A stretch of 63,935 nucleotides of DNA, taken from positions 1 to 63,935 of the forward strand of contig JAIDUH010000005.1 in NCBI GenBank assembly GCA_029060285.1, read 5' to 3'. Below are positions 26,896-33,775 of this stretch, one piece after another (the first letter of the stretch is position 1; every line of letters starts with the position of its first letter). The notes below the pieces were generated by a model that saw only the letters and a list, made by a program, of their open reading frames with translations, was not told the DNA's origin and ran no database searches. A program made the translations under genes and the position numbers. Origin of the DNA: Muribaculaceae bacterium. GTDB lineage: Bacteria > Bacteroidota > Bacteroidia > Bacteroidales > Muribaculaceae.

Positions 26896-28068
26896 ATGAA
26901 AAAAACGTTACTCGCCGCAACACTCCTTCTCTCAGGAGCGGCAACAATGATGGCTCAGGAATCACTCGTGAAACCAGGTTTCTTCAGCAACATGTCAATC
27001 GGTGTCCAGGGTGGCGCAACAACTCCTCTGAAGTCAGGGAAAAACTTCTTCAACAATATGCGTGGAGCAGCAGGCCTCGACATCCGCAAGCAGATCACTC
27101 CGGCATTCGCACTTGGCGTAGAAGGCGACGCAGCAGTCAACACTTCCAACTGGAAAGGACAGACACATTCCACTACAGCATTCGACGCAAGCTATGTAGG
27201 CACTTACGGAGCAGTCAATCTGTTCAAGCTCTTCCAACCCTACGGAACTCATAATGTATTCGATATAGAGGCAGTGGCCGGCGCAGGATGGGGACATCTC
27301 TATCAGAATGGCAAAGGCAACGACTGGAACTTCTTCGCAACAAAGGCCGGATTGAACTTCAATTTCAATGTAAGCGACAATGTAACGCTTTCTATTCGCC
27401 CGAGCGTTCTCTATGATATGAGCGATGCAGGCGTAAGCCAATCATCAGCAGCCTACAACGCCAATAAGGCCACTTTCAATATCGCGGCAGGCGTTTCTGT
27501 AAAACTTGGAGACGGATTTAAATATAGTGTCCCCAACTACAATCTCGACGAGATTGCAGTCCTCAACGAGAAGGTCACCAACCTCCGTGCTGATCTCGCA
27601 GCTGCCGGTGATGCCCTCAATGCAAGCAATAACGAAAATATGATGCTGGCATCTGAAATCCAGAAACTCAAAAATCAGAAGCCTGTCGTAGTAAAGGAAA
27701 CTCAAGACTTCCTCAGCACTGTAAGATATGTCAACTTCAATATCGGCAAGTATAACGTTCCCGCTGATCAGCTCCCCAACGTAGCAGCCGTAGCTTCTTA
27801 TCTTAAGAATCACCCGCAGGCTACCGTAAGCATCAAGGGTTATGCTTCTCAGGATGGTCCGATCGAGGTCAACGAACGTCTCGCCAACCAGCGTGCTGAA
27901 TCAGTTAAGAACATGCTCGTAAGCAAATATGGCATCAAGGCTGACAGAATCAAAGCTGAAGGCATGGGCATCGGACACATGTTTGAAGAAGAAAGCTGGA
28001 ACCGCGTTGCAATCTGCACACTTGACAACGACAAGCCCGTATCAACTGAAACAACCGTAAGCAAATAA
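26896..28068 (+). CDS. OmpA family outer membrane protein
   Basis: Signal peptide, N-terminal beta-barrel and C-terminal peptidoglycan-binding domain (VNFNIGK, GYASQDG...NERLANQRAESVK, WNRV). Confidence 0.92.
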   Translation: MKKTLLAATLLLSGAATMMAQESLVKPGFFSNMSIGVQGGATTPLKSGKNFFNNMRGAAGLDIRKQITPAFALGVEGDAAVNTSNWKGQTHSTTAFDASYVGTYGAVNLFKLFQPYGTHNVFDIEAVAGAGWGHLYQNGKGNDWNFFATKAGLNFNFNVSDNVTLSIRPSVLYDMSDAGVSQSSAAYNANKATFNIAAGVSVKLGDGFKYSVPNYNLDEIAVLNEKVTNLRADLAAAGDALNASNNENMMLASEIQKLKNQKPVVVKETQDFLSTVRYVNFNIGKYNVPADQLPNVAAVASYLKNHPQATVSIKGYASQDGPIEVNERLANQRAESVKNMLVSKYGIKADRIKAEGMGIGHMFEEESWNRVAICTLDNDKPVSTETTVSK

Positions 28069-28113
28069 AAAAATAACTTTAGGTTAGTGACTGCCAATTA
28101 TCAGGCAGAAACG

Positions 28114-28145
28114 GAAGCTCCGCTAATGGCGGGGCTTCTTTTTTT
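28114..28145 (+). terminator. Intrinsic terminator
   Basis: GAAGCTCCGC...GCGGGGCTTC followed by T7. Confidence 0.8.
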
Positions 28146-28193
28146 AAACCATATTTTTATGAGACGAAACCTTGATATTTTTTATCAATAAAA

Positions 28194-28225
28194 TTTGGCA
28201 GACCACAAAAAAATCATTAACTTTG
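28194..28225 (+). promoter_or_regulatory. Sigma-A promoter of tRNA-Leu
   Basis: TTTG (28194-28197), 20-nt spacer, TAACTTTG (28218-28225). Confidence 0.75.
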
Positions 28226-28259
28226 CAGTCGGAATGCCAACACTACGTAGGTTCCTGAT

Positions 28260-28344
28260 GCAGGAATGGTGGAATGGTAGACACGGGGGACTTAAAATCC
28301 CCTGGCCTTTGCGGGCTGTGTGGGTTCGAGTCCCATTTCCTGTA
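28260..28344 (+). tRNA. tRNA-Leu(TAA)
   Basis: Acceptor GCAGGAA/TTCCTGT, D-loop TGGTAGAC, anticodon arm GGGGA-CTTAAAA-TCCCC, long variable arm, GGTTCGAG T-loop. CCA not encoded. Confidence 0.95.
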
Positions 28345-28348
28345 CTTT

Positions 28349-28381
28349 AGAGAATTGCTAATCTTTTGATTATCAGTTCTC
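28349..28381 (+). terminator. Hairpin after tRNA-Leu
   Basis: AGAGAATTGCTAATC-ttt-GATTATCAGTTCTCT (imperfect stem) followed by a T-rich run. Confidence 0.6.
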
Positions 28382-28393
28382 TTTTCTTTATTT

Positions 28394-28425
28394 TTACACC
28401 TCTGGGTGTAACATAGGTGTAACAT
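28394..28425. repeat. Short direct/inverted repeats resembling integrase arm-type sites
   Basis: TTACACC (inverted) plus GGTGTAACAT x2 (28405-28414, 28416-28425) just downstream of the tRNA. Confidence 0.55.
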
Positions 28426-28542
28426 TCCAACCAATACCCCACTTTTTACCCTCCTACCATGCAATTAGAGCCGTCTAACCATCACGGCTAAACGACTCCA
28501 GAAACTAAAGGGTTCCCCATTGCTGAGGAATATTAAAACATA

Positions 28543-29115
28543 TTACTTTTTTTCAAGTGCTGGGTTGATATTTATTTCAACTTTAGTATCAATCTCTATT
28601 CCCTGTTTTTTGCAGTATTTTAGCAAGTCTTTTTGAATTTTCTCAAACTCTGATTTTTTGAAAAGATGATAAGAATTTCCACTATTTATGTAATACTTCT
28701 TACCCATCAATTTCCAATTTACGTATTGGATTGTTAAGGGCAAACCCAAACCAAAATCTTCAATGGGAACTTTTACATCCTCTATACTGCATACATCCAT
28801 AAAACGAAGAACCCATTCCGTAAAGTTATAAATATTCTGGGCACTACCACTTGCTATTGCAAATAGATCTTGAAGAGTCTCATACTTGTCATTCTGTGCC
28901 GACAATAGGAATGAGTATCCATCAATCGTCATATTAGAGTTGTAAGATTCTTCTACTGATAAAGCATACGCTACAACGCGAGAGTTGGTCGAGCCTCCCC
29001 ACTTCTTTGTAATGATTACTGTTTTTTCCATATCCTGTGCATTAGATACAGGAGGAAAAACAACGTTGAGTAGCAAGAGCCCTATTAAAAATAGGAACTT
29101 GTTAAAATGTCTCAT
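28543..29115 (-). CDS. Hypothetical secreted protein (AT-rich)
   Basis: ATG at 29115 gives MRHFNKFLFLIGLLLLNVVFPPVSNAQD (signal peptide). About 190 aa with no recognised domain. Confidence 0.7.
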   Translation of the reverse strand: MRHFNKFLFLIGLLLLNVVFPPVSNAQDMEKTVIITKKWGGSTNSRVVAYALSVEESYNSNMTIDGYSFLLSAQNDKYETLQDLFAIASGSAQNIYNFTEWVLRFMDVCSIEDVKVPIEDFGLGLPLTIQYVNWKLMGKKYYINSGNSYHLFKKSEFEKIQKDLLKYCKKQGIEIDTKVEININPALEKK

Positions 29116-29202
29116 GTCTCTTTTTATTTGGTTATGTGCAATATTGCCTCGTTTATTGCCACACCAGAAAAATAGTGGTGGGCTACTGCATCTTGTACGA
29201 TC

Positions 29203-29336
29203 CAGAGGTACTGCCATACCCACACAACATACAAAGACACTAAGCCCACCAGAGAGCCATACCCCCTAAGGGGCATAGCCATACTGAGGGCGTTTAGTGC
29301 ATTGTCCCCGTTGTGTTGAAAATTGGCAGTTTTCTG
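29203..29336 (-). ncRNA. Candidate structured leader RNA (long nested hairpin)
   Basis: Nested pairings on the minus strand: CAGA/TCTG, ACTGCCA/TGGCAGT, ACACAAC/GTTGTGT, GCACTAA/TTAGTGT, GCCC/GGGC, GGCTATGCCC/GGGTATGGCT. Lies between a TAACTTTG promoter (29411-29418) and ATG 29115. Confidence 0.5.
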
Positions 29337-29585
29337 AATCGAGTACAATAGCATCAAACGCTATACGTTCAAAAATATGTAGCGACAAGGTGCTCTCACC
29401 TCATCGCTTGCAAAGTTAATGAAAATTTTTAATACTCCAATAACGTAAGGACGATTTTCTTTTGTCAAGACATTACTTTATATTGCTTCGATTAGGTGAG
29501 CCGTTCCCCTTTCAAAGTATCTGCTCCATCACCCCTGCGTCCTCTGCGTAATGTCTCGCACAAAAAAATTTTTCGCTAACAAGAA

Positions 29586-29617
29586 TTTGGATATATCGAT
29601 ATTTTAGCATATCTTTG
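29586..29617 (+). promoter_or_regulatory. Sigma-A promoter of the Rpn gene
   Basis: TTTG (29586-29589), 20-nt spacer, TATCTTTG (29610-29617). Confidence 0.7.
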
Positions 29618-29635
29618 TGGAAAATAACCTAATTT

Positions 29636-30523
29636 ATGGAAAAATACATCGATCCAACCTCCGACTTAGGCTTCAAGCTACTCTTCGGCAGGGAGAAGAT
29701 TTCCGAGCCGGTACTTGTCGACCTGCTCAACGCCTTGCTATGTGGCAGGGAGGGTTTTGAGGAAATCAAGACCGTATCATATCTCAACAACGAGCGTTCA
29801 TCGGAGTGGAAGGACGGTAAATCAATCCGATACGACATAATGTGCGAGACATCTTCCGGTCATCGTTTCATAGTCGAGATGCAGAAGGCAAGCCAGCCGA
29901 AGTTCATCGACAGGGCAACATTCTATATGGCACGCGGCATCGCCGAACAAGGATACCGCGGGAAGAAAGAGGAGGAATTGGAGTGGGACTATTCCCTCAA
30001 GCCGGTAATCGGAGTCTTCCTGTGCAATTTCCATGTGCCTGCGTTGGACAGGAAGCCAATCGTGAGGGCTGCCACACTTGATGAGGATACATTCAAACCC
30101 ATCGGGGTGAAGACACGTTATATTTTCGTACAGCTTCCTTTCTTCGACAAGGAGGAAAAAGAGTGTAAGAACTTGGATGATAAATGGATTTATAATATTA
30201 AGAATATGGGAATAAGGCAGGAAGTGGCATTCAGAAACAACAGTGAGATCTTCAAGCGTCTTGCTGAAGTAGCGAACGTGGCTACGCTCACACCGGAACA
30301 ACGTTATCATTACGAGGCTGATGTAAAGAATGCCCGCGATACCATCAACCAAATTCGCGGGGCCTATCAGGAAGGCGAGGCAAAAGGTAGAGCGGAAGGA
30401 AAAGCGGAAGGGGAAGCAGATGCAAAGAAAACCATAGCCCGAAAGATGCTTAAGGAGGGTATGGGTATTTCTATGATAACATCCTTCACCGGACTTTCTG
30501 AGTCTGAGATAGGGTCTCTGTGA
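29636..30523 (+). CDS. Rpn family recombination-promoting nuclease / PD-(D/E)XK nuclease-family putative transposase
   Basis: YIDPTSDLGFKLLFG, RYDIMC...FIVEMQK, C-terminal EGEAKGRAEGKAEG...IARKML...TGLS. Confidence 0.92.
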   Translation: MEKYIDPTSDLGFKLLFGREKISEPVLVDLLNALLCGREGFEEIKTVSYLNNERSSEWKDGKSIRYDIMCETSSGHRFIVEMQKASQPKFIDRATFYMARGIAEQGYRGKKEEELEWDYSLKPVIGVFLCNFHVPALDRKPIVRAATLDEDTFKPIGVKTRYIFVQLPFFDKEEKECKNLDDKWIYNIKNMGIRQEVAFRNNSEIFKRLAEVANVATLTPEQRYHYEADVKNARDTINQIRGAYQEGEAKGRAEGKAEGEADAKKTIARKMLKEGMGISMITSFTGLSESEIGSL

Positions 30524-30886
30524 TTTTAATCCTCACCAATCTCCACTCCATATGTACAGTTTTTGTATATCTCCTGGCTTCATCTCCAACTTCCTCACGT
30601 TGGATCTCCTCGTTGGAGATCACTTATAATATTTAGGCTTTTTTTAATTCTGGTTTCTATACATAATGCTACAAAAAAGTTTCGCATGTAACTTTAGAAG
30701 GTAGACATTAGACCACGTGATCATTTTCTGCAACTCTTAATTAATATATTTTAACTTTCTGGAATAGTCTAATTTAACATCATTTAAGATTAGACTGCCC
30801 GAAATCGTGCAGTCATTCGGATTAAATTTGCAAAAACAAACGAAAAGGCGTCTCCGACGACGCGTTTATGCAAAAAATTCCGGATT

Positions 30887-31261
30887 ATGATGAACAGCAC
30901 TTACTACACTTCAAGCAGCTCAGGAGCACACATCTATACTTCACGCAGCGTACGCCGTGTGGCAGTAGGACGCGCAGACTCCCTTATGAGCTATGGCGAT
31001 AAAATATCCGTCCGGGTAGTAGCCGGCGGCCAGCGTGTGATGGAATACGAAACAAAGCAAGTAGCCGACATGACCGACTTGACTGGCGATCTGCGCCGAC
31101 GTGCCAAGGGTATGCAAGGACTGATCGTGGTCTACATCCGCAATCATGACCGGGGTTGGACCCGCGAACGCCGCATCATGCTATATCCACAAAGAAAGCA
31201 CACACCCGCACAGCGCCCGGAGGCGGTGCAGGTGCCTATGTTCTTCCCCTGGGAACTCTAA
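30887..31261 (+). CDS. Hypothetical protein
   Basis: 124-aa ORF with host-like composition, preceded by a TAAATTTG element at 30823-30830. Confidence 0.65.
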   Translation: MMNSTYYTSSSSGAHIYTSRSVRRVAVGRADSLMSYGDKISVRVVAGGQRVMEYETKQVADMTDLTGDLRRRAKGMQGLIVVYIRNHDRGWTRERRIMLYPQRKHTPAQRPEAVQVPMFFPWEL

Positions 31262-31264
31262 TAT

Positions 31265-31357
31265 AATGCTCAATGCATAATGCACAATTCATAATTACTA
31301 TTATTCTGCTCCCCCTGAATTTTTTGATTGGCATAGCAGATTATGCATTATGAATTA
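31265..31357. repeat. Inverted pair of AATKCAY heptamer arrays between convergent genes
   Basis: aatgctc aatgcat aatgcac aattcat (31265-31292) and attatgc attatga att (31340-31356). Confidence 0.8.
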
Positions 31358-31603
31358 AGGATTGTAAAGGTCTTTGTGATAGAAATTGAGGATTTCGTAG
31401 GTTGCTTTTAGCAGTTCCTTGGCTTTGCCCTCGGGATTTAGTTTTTGCGCGGCTAAATAATCATTGATAGCCTCGCTCCGATGGCCAAGCGCCCAATGCA
31501 GCCGACCACGCTCTATAAGGGCTTCTTCATCCGCCGCATTCGCCGAAAGGCGCTCCGAAAGCTCGCCCAGCCTTACGGATATATCTTCAGGAATATTTTC
31601 CAT
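31355..31603 (-). CDS. Small TPR protein
   Basis: EALIERGRLHWALGHRSEAINDYLAAQKLNP TPR motif, C-terminal FYHKDLYNP. ATG at 31603. Confidence 0.85.
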   Translation of the reverse strand: MENIPEDISVRLGELSERLSANAADEEALIERGRLHWALGHRSEAINDYLAAQKLNPEGKAKELLKATYEILNFYHKDLYNP

Positions 31604-31616
31604 TTCAAAATAATTC

Positions 31617-32489
31617 TTAGTCGAGTGTACAACGTCGTGATTTGACCGGGTGATGGGTAAAGACGGATGCCAGCGAATCAAATTTCTCCGGATTCTCGCT
31701 TGTAAGGAACTCTGCAGTCCCCCTCTTTGAAAGCCTGCACTCCATCTCGGGATGCCTGTGCAGATAATCTTTCAATGATTCTGCCACCAGACAACCCTGC
31801 TCAAGAATCCGCACATTCTCGGGAGCATACTTGCGGATTTTATCTATTAGCAGAGGATAGTGCGTACAGGCAAGTACGAATGTATCTATCTCCGAATCCT
31901 TCGCCATCAGCATGTCAATGTATTTCTTTACAAAATAATCAGCCCCATCTCCATCAGCTTCCGAATTTTCTACGATAGGAACCCAAAGGGGACAATCCTG
32001 TTGCGACACCTTCATCTCCGGAAACAGCTTGATGGCTTCTATCACATAGGAATTGCTTGCTACAGTGCCCGGAGTGCCGAGCACACCTACACGACCTGTT
32101 TGTGAAACTTGATCAAGGATCTCTACGGTAGGACGTATCACGCCCAATACTCTCCGCGTAGGATCAATTCCCGGGAGATCTTTCTGTTGAATCGTACGCA
32201 AAGCCTTGGCGGATGCCGTGTTGCAAGCTAAGATGACAAGCGGACACCCCATTCTGAAAAGCTCCTTTACAGCCTCAAGAGTATAACGATAGATTACTTC
32301 AAAACTCCTTGACCCATAAGGTGCACGTGCATTGTCGCCAAGATAGAGATAATCATATTGAGGGAGTGCTTTTCTCAAATCGCGCAGAATGGTCAGCCCT
32401 CCATATCCGGAATCAAAGACCCCGATACGACCTACTGAAATGGCGGAAGCATCAGCCTCCGCCATTTTCCTTTCATTATTATCTGTCAT
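31617..32489 (-). CDS. murI: Glutamate racemase
   Basis: IGVFDSGYGGLT, DNARAPYG, LACNTAS, LACTHYP. Confidence 0.97.
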   Translation of the reverse strand: MTDNNERKMAEADASAISVGRIGVFDSGYGGLTILRDLRKALPQYDYLYLGDNARAPYGSRSFEVIYRYTLEAVKELFRMGCPLVILACNTASAKALRTIQQKDLPGIDPTRRVLGVIRPTVEILDQVSQTGRVGVLGTPGTVASNSYVIEAIKLFPEMKVSQQDCPLWVPIVENSEADGDGADYFVKKYIDMLMAKDSEIDTFVLACTHYPLLIDKIRKYAPENVRILEQGCLVAESLKDYLHRHPEMECRLSKRGTAEFLTSENPEKFDSLASVFTHHPVKSRRCTLD

Positions 32490-32524
32490 GGTGTTGGACT
32501 CAACACAAGATTGACATCATTTTC

Positions 32525-33031
32525 TTAATTGATACCAAGCTTAGCCTTGACTGCCGGAGTTATATCCTCCACGGGAGCTGCGTGATAAAGGACAAGCTGA
32601 GGATCATACATCTGGATGAGAGAGTAATTACCCTCACGGCCGACACTTTCCACTGCCTGAGTAATCTTTTGTGTGATAGGACCCATCAAGTCATTATTCA
32701 TCTTATTGAGATCCTGAGATGCAGACTGCTCAAACTGGTGCATCTTCTGATCATAGTCACTTATCTCACGAGCCTTGCGCTCCTTGATGGCAGGGAGTTC
32801 ATTCTCGGGCATATTCTGGAACTCAGTCATCTGGCGATTCATCTCCTCTTGGAGCTTCTGAAATTCTGCCTGATATTTATCGCTCACTTCTTTGAGCTGA
32901 GTCATAGCTGCAGTGTAATCAGGCATAGCCTGGAGAACTGTAGCGAAGTCTACAAGACCGATTTTGAGGGTCTGCGCAGACATAAGCATCGGGCAAATAA
33001 GCGCGATTGCCAAAAGTACTTTCTTGATCAT
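32525..33031 (-). CDS. OmpH/Skp periplasmic chaperone
   Basis: Signal peptide, KIGLVD, coiled coil, DITPAVKAKLG. Downstream of bamA. Confidence 0.88.
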   Translation of the reverse strand: MIKKVLLAIALICPMLMSAQTLKIGLVDFATVLQAMPDYTAAMTQLKEVSDKYQAEFQKLQEEMNRQMTEFQNMPENELPAIKERKAREISDYDQKMHQFEQSASQDLNKMNNDLMGPITQKITQAVESVGREGNYSLIQMYDPQLVLYHAAPVEDITPAVKAKLGIN

Positions 33032-33133
33032 TTCTTTCTGTTTGTTTATTTGTTATTGTTTAAGATTTCATTTTACTGCACCCCATATCCTTATACCCCC
33101 ATAAACTTCAAAATTCACAAAGTGAATTTTGGA

Positions 33134-33649
33134 TTACTTAGAATATCCAAGCTTGGCGAGCACTTCATTGCTCACATCGATCTTTGGAGATGCAAATACG
33201 ATGCTCTGAGAGGAAGCCCTGTCAAAAATCACCTGATAACCCTTTTCCTCGCTCACAGCCTTCACTGCATTATAGACATCCTCCTGGATCGGTTTCATAA
33301 GGCTCTGACGCTTCTTGTAAAGTTCACCTTCCGGACCAAAGTATTTGTATCGGAGGTCTGTGACCTGCTTTTCCTTTGCCACGAGTTCCTCCTCACGGCT
33401 CTTCTTCTGGTCGTCAGTAAGGAATATCATTTCCGACTGATAGTTCTTATACATGGTCTCCGCTTCCTTTGAAAGCTCCGTGACTTCCCGCTCCCAACGT
33501 TGCGAAACCTGATTGAGCTGCTCGTTGGCCATTTCATAGCTTGGCACATTGCGGAGTATGTAGTCCATATCCACAAGCGCAAACTTCTGGGCATACGCCC
33601 CTGCTGCGGCCACCAATACCATTGCCAATGATATGATAAGTTTCTTCAT
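33134..33649 (-). CDS. OmpH/Skp periplasmic chaperone
   Basis: AQKFALVDMDYIL, YFGPEGEL, DVSNEVLAKLG. Confidence 0.92.
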   Translation of the reverse strand: MKKLIISLAMVLVAAAGAYAQKFALVDMDYILRNVPSYEMANEQLNQVSQRWEREVTELSKEAETMYKNYQSEMIFLTDDQKKSREEELVAKEKQVTDLRYKYFGPEGELYKKRQSLMKPIQEDVYNAVKAVSEEKGYQVIFDRASSQSIVFASPKIDVSNEVLAKLGYSK

Positions 33650-33733
33650 GTTATTTCTATTTTAAAAGTTATTACTACTTTAAAGACAAAATAGCCCCAC
33701 TAAAGTTTAAATCTTGCGCCAACCCTTAATGCT

Positions 33734-33775
33734 TATGACTTATTGTTTATTGTTTATAACTTATCACTCAACTTA
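33734..33775 (-). repeat. Heptamer array after the bamA stop
   Basis: ttatgac ttattgt ttattgt ttataac ttatcac on the plus strand. Confidence 0.7.

Noticed and set aside
28243-28464. 73-aa ORF (YRKWDSNPH...)
   Set aside because: Antisense translation of tRNA-Leu.
28985-29357. Short ORFs overlapping the structured leader, including the 36-aa extension of the 28543 ORF
   Set aside because: No coding features. The signal peptide starts at ATG 29115, and the region is better explained as structured RNA.
29636-30523. Rpn gene as an active IS element
   Set aside because: No terminal inverted repeats or target duplications were found, and the family is not shown to transpose like an IS.
32309-33472. 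387-aa plus-strand ORF
   Set aside because: Antisense shadow of murI and two ompH genes, with no motifs.
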